DNA of 64,000 bases from Octopus sinensis (Eukaryota), in contig NC_043010.1 of assembly GCF_006345805.1 (NCBI RefSeq), positions 45,756,001 to 45,820,000 of the forward strand, in the 5' to 3' direction. This document shows, one piece after another, positions 26,331-39,897 of this stretch. A program made the position numbers and the translations under genes. Within the stretch, counting starts at the first letter, position 1. Every line of letters starts with the position of its first letter. Below the pieces are notes generated by a model, which was not told where the DNA came from, ran no database searches, and was given only the letters and a program-made list of their open reading frames with translations.

Positions 26331-28399
26331 AGTCCATTGTCAACTCTGATAAGCAGACCTATGACAAAGCTTGTCCAAGCAATAACTATCTTGTCTTTTA
26401 TTTATTTTATCTTTTGTGATATCAAAAAATATATATTATATAATGTATCCTTTCTCATGGTCAGGTGTTATTTAAGTTAAATTTGGTTGTTATTTCTAGC
26501 AAGTTAAATGACTACTTAGTAATTCCCTGCTAAGTTAAGCATTATTAATATTGATATATTATTTCATGTGAAGAATGTAGGCAATGAAAATCCAAATAGC
26601 AAGGAAAACTTGAGATTTGCAGTCTTAACATGATAGACTTTCATACAGAAAACATTTTGATGTTGTAAACCCCAAATTAAGCTTAGAAAGACTATTGTTT
26701 AGTTTTGGTGTTTATTTAGGATTAATATTAAATTATTGAAAATGTTTGGGAAATAAAAGGTTTATTTAGTTTTTGGCATGTGACATATGAATACAAACCA
26801 TTTCAGCACAATAATATATATACATTCTGGGATATACATACATAATTACAAAATGCAAGTGGCAAAACATAAAATATATTACAAAATAATTTTAGAAATA
26901 AACACATATACGCACTAACTGCACACACAAACACACACATTTGAATATTGCCCTATAATTAAACCAATCATTTCCAGTTTGTTCTTAAACTCTCTACAAG
27001 AGCATTACTGTAGGGACAAGGCGTTGCTAGGTTTGTGTATAAATATTCAAATAAACTGAAAATTAAATTGAAAAAAAACAGCCCAAAATAAATAGAAAAT
27101 AATGTTTGAAAAAATTCATAACGGTCACTTCTCACCTATTTATTCATACCTAATGAAATAACAGGATATAAAAACCAGAAAGTTCATTATGTGAGTTAAC
27201 TAGTGATTTAAATTATATTAAAGACCATAGTGTGAATTCAGCAATTAATTTAGAAATGAATTCTTACTGTAATGTAAATTAGTTATTTGATTGAATTAGT
27301 GGAATATTAAGAAAACTGAAGACAAAGAAATAACTTGGGTCAGTTTGTTTCTAAAATTGAAATGCCATTGTGTGTTAATACTAAAACTCAATCTAAATAT
27401 AATAATAAATAGAGTTGAAAAATATTTATTTAACATAGTTTAATAATCAGTTTGGCTTTTTGTTTTTATGATAAATACCTCTAATATAGTGTTACATTTC
27501 TTTCAACATCAACTTAATTAAAATTCATAATTATAATTTTTATTTACGTTGAAGCAGTCCTGCTAACATTAATTTAATTCAGTTTATATCCCATAGGCCC
27601 AGAGCAAAAATAAATACTTCTGCCTTGAAAATTAAACCTGCCCTTAAGCAGATTTCAAAGGCTGTTTCCAAATATACCATTCCTTTTTTTCCTCCCCTAC
27701 CAATTCTAGTTTTGGACATACAACATACTCCTTTATATACCCACATAGTGCTGAATATAGGAATTCAAGATCTACCTTACATTTTGGTGCCTTATTAGTT
27801 AAACTTATTTTGTAGTAGATTTGGAGTACTGATTTCAAGAATATCAGTTTTCACCCAATCAACTCTAATTAATTAATGATAAAAATAGCAACAATATTAA
27901 TGCTATTAATTCATTACATTATTAAAACAAAAACTTAGATTGAACTCTATTAAAATATATAGTAAGCTAAAAAAAATAAAGAAAAAGCATAAAGCAATAA
28001 AATGGCCAATCATTTAACAAAGAAATTTCTTTTATAAGACTTCCTAGAGTGAGATTTACCAGAACAAGTCTTGCTGAAGATTTCACCATTAATCTGCCAT
28101 CATGTACCATAGTATCTCTCTTTCATCGGCTTTATACTCTGGTGAAATCTTTCTCTTTGATCTTAGCTTAAATTAACAATTTTTCTGAAAATCTAAGTGA
28201 CTGTAGAGATAAGGGATTTCTATGCACATGTTATTCATGTTAGCCTCTACATTTAATAAACTTGACTATGTCCTCTACTAGTTCAGATTAGTTGTCTCCT
28301 TAATGGTTGCTACTAGAGCAAACCAAGATCTTGCACATGACTCAGTTTTATCCATGGAATCTATCAAATAAGAGTCTTTGTTTTATTCTTTTGTCCAAG

Positions 28400-31100
28400 C
28401 CCCCTTATTTGGGGGTGAAGGGCCATCAAAAATACAAATTCTAAGTTTTTCCATAGCCATTCCAGGAGTTCTTTTGAATAGATGACCAGACACATTTTTT
28501 TGTTCAATGCCTTTATTCTAAGTTTTAATGCTGAAATAAACTAATTTAATAATTGTTAGTTGTTTTGATAGCATATAATACATCAACAGCATTAACATTG
28601 CTGTTTTTGGTATGTCAGAATTGGTGCCTTTTTTATATATTATCCGAAAAGTATAGTATTAAATCTCCGTCACGGCTGATCTTACCAATCAGTTTCACAT
28701 AAAGAATAAAATGGAGTGTTAGGTAACAATCTGATTATATAATTTTATGCTCATCAGAGTTAGCCGATATGGAAGGGAATATGGCGATGTATCTGTATAT
28801 ATATGTATGTATGTATGTATGTATACACACAAATATATATAAAAAGTTTGTCAAGGGAAGAGAGCATTTTCCATGTTTTTTAGCAGACTCTCCAAGACTA
28901 GATAGTGTATTCACTTTATTACCAGCCTGAACATCTGTAAGCCAGTGTCTGCTGGAAGGGAAGTAGGGGTCTAGTCTGGATACTGCAGCAGAATGAATTC
29001 TGTGGAAGGCAGCCAAAGTCTTATTGGCTGTGTTAAGCCTACCACTAAACTATCATTTTTGTGCTGGAGTTCATTCAATTGACTATAAGCCCTTCACCTA
29101 CCCTACTAAAACTGGCTCTGTTCCAAGTCAAACAAAATAAAATCTAAATCTGTTTTTATCTGAGCATTGTTTGGAAAAACTGATAAGTTATTAACATGGC
29201 AATACTTATAGAAGCAACACATGCAAAGTATACTGATAGAAATATATTCATTATAATGGGTGAAGCCTATGTTCCTGTTTCTCTGATCCACTCTGAAGTA
29301 CAGATTGTTCTATTGCAATACAATAGATGATTGATTAGCTGTATAAAAGAATTACAATGTTTAGTACTGTCGTATTTGTTTTTATTCAATTCTTTTTAAT
29401 ATTAAGGAGTTTATGTAATTTTGATTTTATCTAATCCTAATCTTCTTATTTTGAATGATATTACTCTCCTTTCATGTTACACCTTTCCTCTCTATTTCTT
29501 TGTAACCATATCTCCCACTATCTTTCCTTCCACACCAGGCACTTAACTAACAAATACTTTCAGCAATATATTTATTGAAAGCCTTTGTTTTTATTATAAA
29601 CCAGATAAAATATAAACATCCAAGGAAACGAAGTTGTACTTGTTTGTGGTTAGCAATAATAATATTTGGTTTGGCTTGTGATAGGAGAATGATGGAGAAA
29701 GAAAGGCAGAACAATCCGAGATATGTATGAAAATCTTGTGGCTCTCTCCTCAATCCCATTTTTTAATATGAACCAGTCTGGTATACTTTATAAATGATTG
29801 TGTCTGAAAAATCTTTGTACAAGAGGCCTTTACTTAATTCTTCTCTCATAATATTTTTTATCCTGCCATTAAACTTCTACAATTCCTTTAGAATTTTCTT
29901 AAAGTTAATGAAATACGTACATAGTAGTTTTGAGTGGTTATGAGATGGTGAAGATTTAGTATCTGTTGCTTTATGTTCCAGCTTAGTGAACCAAATCAGC
30001 CACTGAAATTTGATTTCAAATTACAACTGCCAGTGCTCCTTCCCATATATACTAATCAACCATAACTTACCCATATCTTTATTTCAATTGGAACTTTATC
30101 TGATCTCTTCTATTAGTTTTTAAAATTTATATTATATTAGAGATATCAAGAATACAATCCAGTTACCACCAATCTTCTTTGTTCTATTACACAAAGCATA
30201 TTATAATCATCGTTATTAAAATCCACTAAAGTAGATCACCATCATCATTATTTTTGAAAGAAAATAATAGAAGACAGAATCAAAAACCTGTTAATAATTT
30301 CTTCCATATGAACTGTTTTGATGGCAAATCTTTCACTACCTGGCTTTTGGAGTCCTTTAACAGAATCCACACTGTTGCTAACATTCAAAGTCATATGTCT
30401 GAGGTTTCTTCCTACCTTTCTTGATCTATACTCTAAAAAATTATAGGCAACTTTCCCCTGTGATTCAAGCCTTAAAAATAAGATTTAAATTTTTTTTTTT
30501 CAAATTAAAAGAATGAAATCCACAAAAGTCTGATCATTACAATGAATACCAACATCTCTTTAGTGATCTATTACCATCTGGCTACCAAGCCTTGTTGCAG
30601 GAACTATCTGTCCAGATTTCGAACACCTGTTCATTTCCTTTTGTGGAAAGAGCAAGTTCCTTTGGTTCAGAAGTCTCTTTGATGCCAATAACTATTGTAG
30701 CAGTGTCTCTTGATGTTATAGTTGATGATGCATATATATTGAAATTCCTAGAGGAAGTATAGTCTTTGTTTGTTAAATGTACTTATCCATAGATTGTCTC
30801 TTTGACTAAGCTAGATCAAATATAGACTGAGAGTGAATGGTCAGTAACAGGGATGTTGTCTGGAATTTACACCCTCTGTTAGCTAAACAATATATAAGAG
30901 ATGATACAAACAATGATGTCTAGAGGGTATTCTGAGCATCAATGAAAATGTGTCTTTTAAGAAGGACTTTCAGGTTGAAAATTATGTATAATTTCGAAAA
31001 TTAGTTGGTCTGCCACTGATAGAATGAAGTCAGCTATTGAAATTTAGCAGTGTTGTCAACTGAACAAGTCTCTGATAAGGAGTGAGCAACAAAACCATTC
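28400..31100 (-). mobile_element. Possible highly decayed non-LTR retrotransposon
   Basis: Faint RT-like remnants (GL..DCS..FSI near 29700-29760); no intact motifs. Confidence 0.3.
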
Positions 31101-32030
31101 TCAACAGACTAGCTTAGTATCTGCAAATATGTAGAATTACATTGGACAGCCTTTATTACATATATGAAAGCTGTTATTATAAACCAAGCCCACATGAAGG
31201 CCTGTTTTGAAATACAACTTCATTTTCCATTTGGAATCCATTTCTGTTATATTACATTATATTCAGAATTGGCATAAACATTACAAACTTTCATTTGCCT
31301 TTTCCTTAAAAATGTAACAAAGAAAATCATTAATATTTTAGTTGGGGTTTTTTTTCTGTCTAATTAGGAAAACATCGACTTCATTATTAAATAATATTCT
31401 CACCCATTATACAAATATTCAGGATTTTGTAAAAACCATTCTTCACACATTAGCAAGGAGAAACAACTTCTAAAATATTGAAAAATTAGAAAAGAAAAAG
31501 AAAAGGAAAACAAATTCTGTAGGACATTTCAGATGTGAAGAATACATAACAGATCTTGGGATGTTATCTGGGAACTCATCTTTCAGTGATTGACATCAAA
31601 GTAAAGGTTTTCTCATATCTACATAACACCATCTACTTAAAGCCAGAACTAAAGACTGACTGTTATATTGTCAGTACGTTCTTTATCACATTGTCTTTTA
31701 AAAAGTAAAATTTTGAAAGTTTTTGGTTTATCAGTTGTTCATAATCTTATTATGATATGATAATATATAATGTACTTTTACTGTATATAATGTACAGTGG
31801 ATGGAAATGAAAAATAATGTGGTTCCTACCTTTGTAACATTTATTGTTGTTGAACTATATACAATCTAATACTAATATATATTCAGCTTCTACTGAGGTG
31901 AACTCCACTTTCACCTTTTAAGTTGTCATAGAATATCTACCATGCATGTATCATGGTCAGTTCAATAACCTAATCTCTTATAAATTTCTGGCCTTGTGCA
32001 TTATTAGAAATTAATATTATTGGTGATGTT

Positions 32031-32250
32031 AAGGTGGTGAGTTGGCAGAATTGTTAGCACACCAGGCAAAATGCTTGGCGGCATTTTGTCTGTTTTTATG
32101 TTCTGAGTTCAAATTCCGCCAAGGTCAACTTTGCCTTCCATCCTTACGGGGTCAATAAATCAAGGACCAGTGAAACACTGAAGTCGATGTAATTGACTTA
32201 TCCCTTCCCCCTAAAATGCTGGCTTTGTGACAAAATTTGAAATCAATATT
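32031..32250 (+). mobile_element. SINE family B
   Basis: Full-length match. Confidence 0.85.
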
Positions 32251-33119
32251 ATTGGTGGTGGTGGTGTTATTCACTTATATCAGTGAATATTTCAAATATT
32301 GTTTTTCCATATTTACATGCATAAACTACCATAGCCAAACTAGCAGATAATCACCCTGGTAGAATGGGGTATTTGGTAGTTCTAATCACAAAAGTTTATA
32401 ACCCATACTACAATTGAACAAACATCCAAAAAAAAAACAGAAAAAATGTTAAAAATGTATAAATAGAACATAAAAATTTAGTGTTTTATTAAACATGGCA
32501 TTATTGAATTAGTCCACCATTAGTAGTATGTTCCTATAAATCTCTCTTCATTTATCATAGTTATTTTCCTAATTGATTGCTTTCCATAGGTAATTTCTAG
32601 TGACTACTATTCGGAGCATACCAGTGATCACAAAGCTGTCTATTTTCAATTGCTTCTGTACATACAAGGAACAGCAAGCTTTCGAATATACAGTGTATTT
32701 TCAGTCAACAAAACAAGGGCATGTTGCCAAGCTACAAAATTAGGGCTGCACTTGAAAACACAGACTATTTTTTAAATACTGTTGTTGTTTAACCCCAGGT
32801 TAGCTCTGATTAAGCAGACTTGTGATCAAAAGCCATGATAATTCAATCCCTTTTGTGATTTTGTTTTGTTTTGTTTTTTTTCAGGCCATGTCTCTTGGGT
32901 TACACTATTCACTATTTCCTTTTTTTTTTTTTTTGTATTTATGAGAGTAGTGTTTAATACGAGGGAGGTTTTGCTGTTTGTGTACAAAAATAAAGAGCAT
33001 CAGAATTAGAAACTCACTTCCCAGCCATATGGTTATGACACTTGAGTCAAATATCTTTTATTGTAGCTCCAGGCTGATCAAAGCCTTGAGTGAAACCCAT
33101 TGTGTGTATGTGTAAATAT

Positions 33120-36100
33120 AAGGCAATTAGAAGCATGAAAACAGGGAAAGCCCCAGGCCCATCAGGAATTACTGCAGAGATGCTCAAAATATCTGGTGGT
33201 GTCGGCTATAGCTTAGTCACCCGTATAGTTAACCAGGTGATACACGAGGGGGTCATACCCAATGACTGGTGTAGCAGCATAATAGTCAACTGCTACAAAG
33301 GTAAAGGCGACGCCCTAGAGACAAATAACTACAGGGGCATCAAGCTGCTGGATCAGGTAATGAAGGTTACGGAGAGGGTTGTAGCCCAACTAATTAGAGA
33401 GAGAGTTACCTTAGATGATATGCAGTTTGGGTTCGTGCCAGGGAAAATACTACTGATGCTATATTCCTGGTAAGACAGCTGCAGGAGAAATACCTAGCCA
33501 AAGATAAGCCCTGTACCTGGCTTTTGTTGACTTGGAGAAAGCCTTTGACAGGGTCCCCCGGTCCCTTATCTGGTGGTCAATGAGGAAACTAGGGATAGAA
33601 GAATGGTTGGTGAGAGCTGTTCAAGCCATGTACAGAGACGCTGCTAGTAAGGTGAGGGTTGGCAACGAGTACAGTGAAGAATTCCGGGTAGGGGTTGGGG
33701 TCCACCAAGGTTCAGTCCTCAGTCCCCTCCTATTTATCATAGTCCTCCAGGCAATAACGGAGGAATTCAAGACAGGTTGCCCCTGGGAGCTCCTCTATGC
33801 TGATGACCTTGCTCTAATTGCTGAGTCACTATCAGAACTGGAGGAGAAGTTTCAGGTGTGGAAACAAGGATTAGAATCGAAGGGCCTTAGAATCAACCTA
33901 GCCAAAACCAAAGTTCTAATAAGTAGGAAGGTAATCAATCACAAACGCCTTCAGGTAGATGGCCCTGCTCGATCTGTAAAAAAGGTGTAGGTAGAAACTC
34001 TATAAGATGCACCAAGTGTAAGCTATGGACACATAAGAGGTGCAGCAATGTCAAAGGAAGGCTAACTAGGAAAATAGTTTTTGTCTGTGGCAAATGCTCA
34101 GGAGCAATAAACACTGGAAATATGCAGAGACCAACTTCTGCACGTTCCAGGGAGACAAACTAGAAGTAGTTGATAGCTTCCGCTACCTAGGAGACCAAGT
34201 CAGTAGCGGGGGTGGGTGTGCTGAAAGTGTAACTGCTAGAGTAAGAATAGCCTGGGCAAAGTTTAGAGAGCTCTTACCCCTGCTGGTGACAAAAGGCCTC
34301 TCGCTCAGAGTAAAAGGCAGACTGTATGATGCATGTGTACGTACAGCCATGCTACATGGTAGTGAAACATGGGCCGTGACTGCTGAGGATATGCGTAAGC
34401 TCGCAAGAAATGAAGCCAGTATGCTTCGATGGATGTGTAATGTCAGTGTTCATAATCGTCAGAGTGTAAGTTCCTTGAGAGAAAAGTTGAACCTAAGAAG
34501 CGTCAGTTGTGGCGTGCAAGAGAGACGGCTGCGCTGGTATGGTCATGTGACAAGAAAGGCTGAAGATAGTTGTGTGCAAAAGTGCTACACCCTAGCAGTG
34601 GAGGGAACCTGTGGAAGAGGTAGACCCAGGAAAACCTGGGACGAGGTGGTGAAGCACGACCTTCGAACTTTAGGTCTCACTAAGGAAATGTCTAGAGACC
34701 GAGACCTATGGAAGTATGCTGTGCATGAGAAGACCCGGCAAGACTAGTCAGGCCATAACCCGTGGCCCCGACCGGGGACGTAGTCAGTCCTGTGCATACC
34801 TTCCTTCTTGTGACACTTATGAAGACCTGTTGAGGCAAGTGAAAATCAAATCAAATCAAAACAAATCAAAATAGATGAACATCAGTGGAATTGTATTCTT
34901 CGTGGTACCAGTGCCGGTGGCACACAAGAAAACACCCAAACGTGGCCGTAACCAGTACCGCATCGACTGGCCTCCGTGCTGTGGGCACAACACACACCAT
35001 CCGATCGTGGCCGTTCGCCAGCCTCATCTGGCACCTGTGCCGGTGGCACATAAAGACACCATCCGAAGACCCGGCGACGTAGTCAGTCCACCTGTGCATA
35101 CCTTCCCTCTTATGACACTTGTGAAGACCTGTTGAGGCAAGTGTGTGACACTTGTGAAGACCTGTTGAGGCAGAGGCAAGTGTGTGACACTTGTGAAGAC
35201 CTGTTGAGGCAGAGGCAAGTGTGTGACCCTTGTGAAGACCTGTTGAGGCAAGTGAAAATCAAACCAAATCAAAATAGATGAATATCAATGGAATTTGTAT
35301 CTTTGTGGTTCCAGTACCGGTGGCACACAAGAAAACCATCCGAACGTGGCCGTCGACTGGCCTCCGTGCTGTGGGCACAACAAACACCATCTGATCGTGG
35401 CCGTTCGCCAGCCTCACCTGGCACCTGTGTCGGTGGCACATAAAAACACCATCCAAAGACCCGGCGACGTAGTCAGTCCACCTGTGCTTACCTTCCCTCT
35501 TATGACACTTGTGAAGACCTGTTGAGGCAGAGGCAAGTGTGTGACACTTTGTGAAGACCTGTGAGGGGCAGAGCAAGTGTGTGACACTTGTGGAGACCTG
35601 TTGAGGCAGTGTGTGAACACGCGTGACACTTGTGAAGACCTGTTGAGGCAAGTGAAATCAAACCAAATCAAAATAGATGAACATCAATGGAATTTGTATC
35701 TTTGTGGTTCCAGTACCGGTGGCACACAAGAAAACCATCCGATCGTGGCCGTTCGCCACCACATCTGGCACCTGTGTCGGTGGCACATAAAGACACCATC
35801 CGAAGACCCGGCGACGTAGACAGTCCACCTATGCATACCTTCCTTCTTGTGACACTTGTGAAGACCTGTTGAGGCAAGTGAAAATCAAATCAAATCAAAT
35901 CAAATCAATCAAACAAATCAAAATAGATGAACATAAATGGAATTTGTATCTTTGTGGTACCAGTGCCGGTGGCACACAAGAAAATCATCCGAACGTGGCC
36001 GTAGCCAGTACCGCATAGACTGGCCTCCGTGCTTTGGGGACGTAACAAACACCATTCGATCGTGGCCGTCCGCCAGCCTCATCTGGCACCTGTGTCGGTG

Positions 36101-36406
36101 GCACATAAAAACACCATCCGAGCGTGGCCGTCTGCCAGCCTCGTCTGGCACCTGTGTCGGTGGCACATAAAAACACCATCCGAGCGTGGCCGTTCGCCAG
36201 CCTCGTCTGGCACCTGTGTCGGTGGCACATAAAAAACCCCCACTACACTCTCGAGTGGTTGGCGTTAGGAAGGGCATCCAGCTGTAGAAACACTGCAGAT
36301 CTGACTGGCCTGGTGCAGCCTTCGGCTCCCAGACCCCAGTTGAACCGTCCAACCATGCTAGCATGGAAAACGGACGCTAAATGATGATGATGATGATGAT
36401 GATGAT
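33120..36406 (+). mobile_element. 5'-truncated RTE-clade LINE: frameshifted ORF2 (RT, PHD-like insert, C-terminus), repeat-rich 3'UTR, (TGA)n tail
   Basis: KAPGPSG, NYRGIKLL, QFGFVPG, DLEKAFD, GVHQGSVLSP, YADD, FRYLG, LRWYGHV, GRPRKTW motifs; frameshifts near 33447, 33935 and 34140; stop at 34747; ends GCTAGCATGGAAAACGGACGCTAAA(TGA)n. Confidence 0.95.
34775..36240 (+). repeat. Hierarchical tandem repeat array in the RTE 3'UTR
   Basis: GACGTAGTCAGTCC..TGCATACCTTCC recurs near 34777, 35076, 35466 and 35812; internal GTGACACTTGTGAAGACCTGTTGAGGCA arrays at about 35110-35255 and 35500-35655; about 61-nt unit x3 at about 36050-36235. Confidence 0.9.
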
Positions 36407-37941
36407 AGTCATCACTAAAGTGACTTAGGTGCTAGTCAGTTGGTGCTAACTAGCGCCCTTAGTCACTTTAGTGACATCTATACTTGTGCCTTTTGGCTGT
36501 AAATTGCAAATAAGCCACCTTAATAATTCATATATATATATATATATACTTAGAAGGTTGTTTGTTGTAGCCGGTCAGAGAGTGAGTGATGGTCACTGAC
36601 TGGCCATAACAAAAACCAAAATATATTATTGCTCTAATGTCATAGTGTGCTTCTTTTTCAGGTATATGAATGCTAACTGATACATACACACATAGTTGTC
36701 TAAGAATGTATGAGTCAGAAGAAAACCAAGCACTTGTACATTTATCAATAGAGTGGATATATTGATATTAATACCATACAGTATTGTATATATCTAGATA
36801 CATACATATGCATATGTGTCTGTGTATCTTTTTATCTTGATATCTCTCAGCAGTTGTAAACATGTGCCACTGTCTTACAATTGGTGTCATTCATTTCCAA
36901 TCTTCTGTGAAAATATGTTCGACCATGGAAAAATATTACCTTCCTTCAAAACAGGTGAAGGTTGGTGACAGGAAGGGCATCTGTCCATAGAATATCTGAT
37001 TCAAGGAATTCCACCTAACCCATGCCAGCATGGAAAAGTGGACATTAAAACAATGATATTGAGAATAAACTAGCATTGGTTCAATTAGAATAAATTTATC
37101 AGACTTACATCTATCTGTACTTGTGTTTTGATTGCTGTATTCTATTAAGGAAATTTGATATACTTACAAAAAAAGAAAGTAATAAAATTCTATATTATGG
37201 TTTCAGTTGTAGCCTAAAGATGTATTATATGTTAAATATGGTACTTAGATATAAAATTGAATATAAAAATGTGGCTGGAATGCCTTTGATCTCAGGTCTG
37301 CTTCATTAGAGCTCACCTGGGGCAAAACAACAACAACATTATTTTGTGTTTTCAAGTAACCATCTTAGTGTTCTAATTACAATTCTGTACAGAGAAAAAA
37401 AAAAAACAGAACAATTTGGTGGATTCACAAACTATCTCAAGCACACACTCTCTTTAACCACACAGTCATATCTACAACTTATATATGCCTTGTATGTATG
37501 CATGTGTGTGTGTGTGTATTTGATCAGTACTAAATTGCAAAACTGACTCAAAGACCAAAAGTTTCATACACTGTAACTTTCTGTTGCTTAAAATTAATGT
37601 GTGTGTGTGTTTGCATGCATGAGTGCATGCATGTGTGTATATGAAATAAAAGACTGAACATTTCTCATGGTGTGATTAACAAAGATAATTGCTTAACACA
37701 TCACAATTAGTTATTCTTCAATTGATGATCAACCATATTGATCTTTTCTAAAATGGTCTATCTATTATTTATGGCTACAGGTCTGAGGAACAAAAACCCC
37801 TGCCTAGAAACCCAATAAAATGCTTACTCATTTAACTCTTTCCTGGCCAGTATTATACTGAATCCAATTACATCACCTTAAAAAGAATGGACTTGTTCCA
37901 AAACAATATAATATTGTTATTATCTATTATGTTATTATATT

Positions 37942-38335
37942 AGGTGCAGGTGTGGCTGTGTGGTAAGAAGCTAACTTTCCAACCACTTGTTCCAGGTTCA
38001 GCCCCAATGCGTGGCACCTTTGGCAAGTGTCTTCTACTATAGCCTCAGGTTGACAAAGCCTTCTGAGTGGATTTGGTTGACAGAAACTGAAAGGAGCTCA
38101 TCGTGTGTGTGTCTTTGTGTTTGTTTGTCCCCCACCACTGCTTAACAACCGGTGGTGGTTTGTTTTTGCCCCTATAGCTTAGCAGTTTGGAAAACAAGAC
38201 TAATAGAATAAGTACTAGGCTTAGAAACAAAAAAAAAATAAGTACTGGGATCGATTTGTTCGACTAAAAGTTCTTCAAGGCAGTGCCCCAGCATGGCCAC
38301 AGCCTAATGACTGAAACAAGTACAAGATAAGATAT
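37942..38335 (+). mobile_element. SINE family A
   Basis: Full-length match. Confidence 0.88.
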
Positions 38336-38419
38336 AACTTATTTTATTTTAAATGTTATATCTTTCCATGAATTACAGGAGTCTCTAATTCTGCTGTTAT
38401 TGGATTCTGTAATTATTAA

Positions 38420-38637
38420 CCCTTTCGTTACCAATCCGGCTGAAACCGGCTCTGGCTCTGAATACAAATGTCTTGTTTTCATAAGTTTTGAATTAAAATC
38501 TTTCACCAAACCTTAATCACAATTTATTTTCCTAACGCTAGCTTAATGATGACCAAGTTATTTTACTAAATTCTTTGTTATATTTAAAATAATTGAAAGA
38601 AACAGAGCATCTCAAAATAAATTCAGTAACGAAAGGG
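38420..38637. mobile_element. piggyBac-like MITE
   Basis: TTAA on both sides; perfect 12-bp TIR CCCTTTCGTTAC / GTAACGAAAGGG. Confidence 0.9.
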
Positions 38638-39122
38638 TTAAACTTGACGAAGCAAAATCTTAGTGACAGAAATATGTGACTAGTAACTTATTTTTGTGGC
38701 AGCTGTTGTTTCCTACTAATTTGGACCCCTATAAAGAGTTATAAGCATTGCTCTTCTTCATCTGAAAAATCATTAAGAAAATTAAAGGAGAACTGTTATT
38801 TTAATGTTTTCTTTAGTACTTCCTTCTAAGAAGGAGTGTGAGGTACTGATTTAGAATTTGATCAGGAGTTAGTTCACCCCATTACACCAGTGTCATTCAT
38901 CATTTTCATCATCTGTAAATCATTAAACTACCTTGACTCTCCTTTTAAAACATTTTTTCTTGTATCAATTAATCTATTTTCATTTCAACAAAATAAACAG
39001 AACAAATTTTAGCATTTTACATTTTTTACTATGACAGCAATGCTATTTATCATTGTCTTACTTTCATTAACATTTTTATTCATTTTATTGATTCTGGTTT
39101 CTTCTTCTCTTTTATATTTCAG

Positions 39123-39199
39123 AAGGCACACGTAGAAAATATTTCAATTGTTATCCCAACACATAAGAAAAAATTTGTTTTAAAACTTAAAAAAAACAG
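39123..39199 (+). CDS. ADAM/reprolysin (M12B) metalloprotease prodomain, internal exon A (KAHVENISIVIPTHKKKFVLKLKKN-S)
   Basis: Long pyrimidine tract ending ttcAG, donor AG|GTGAGT; 77 nt, phase 0 to 2; joins exon B in frame; FVLKLKKNxxLI matches the ADAM propeptide pattern. Confidence 0.85.
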
Positions 39200-39650
39200 G
39201 TGAGTGTATATATATTTACATATACATATTTTTCTGTTTTATTTCCATCTAATTTCCTTTCATTTCCACCCATCAGAATCTTGAAGTGTAAAGGAAGTAA
39301 CCTTTCAGATGGGGGAGAGAAAAGTTTTTTATAAACTCATATCAATTGTATGTGTATGTGTGTCCTAAGTGTGCAATCTCATGACTAGAATGTCAAAAAC
39401 TTAAATGTTTAAATGCAGCCAACTTGGTGTACCACATGGAGATGCATTCCAATTAGTAAATTGGTTCAGATTTCACATGAGAAATTTTGATCTGTACTCA
39501 ATACAATTCTCTACAATTAATAATATAATAGCAATACTAAGGATGGCATTCTTCATTATTGCTGTCATCTGTCATAATGATGACAATGACAATAATTCAG
39601 ATGATGAAGATGAGAAGGTAGATTTTGATTAACACCACCACCACCATAAA

Positions 39651-39702
<52 letters not shown>

Positions 39703-39897
39703 GTGGCGAGCTGGCAGAATTGTTAGCACACCAGCCAAAATGCTTAGCAGTATATCATTTGTGTTTACGTTTTGAGTTCAAATCCTGCTGGGATTGATAA
39801 ATTAAGTACCAGTGAAACACTGGGGTTGATATTATCAACTTATCCCCTCCCCCAAAATTTCAGGCCTTGTGCCTTTAGTAGAAAGGATTATTATTAT
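39703..39897 (+). mobile_element. SINE family B preceded by (ATT)n
   Basis: Match with an internal deletion. Confidence 0.85.

Noticed and set aside
27165-27190. Possible phase 1 to 0 microexon (GYKNQKVHY) ending TAT|GTGAGT
   Set aside because: The acceptor lacks a pyrimidine tract and there is no homology support.
34815-34850. Hammerhead-like CTGTTGA..GAAA in the UTR unit (retrozyme idea), and an HDV-like CCAG..CTGG-CGAA on the minus strand
   Set aside because: The conserved core A is missing, there is no stem III/NUH, GAAA is not conserved in the second copy, and no P1/P2 pseudoknot partner was found for the HDV fold.
34775-36240. CRISPR-like array of palindromic repeats with intervening sequence
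   Set aside because: The intervening segments are themselves repeated, the array lies within a LINE 3'UTR in eukaryotic DNA, and no cas genes are present.
34866-36384. Many overlapping 65-148 aa ORFs on both strands
   Set aside because: By-product of GC-richer tandem repeats with few stop codons; the same applies at 18276-18587 and 46852-47187.
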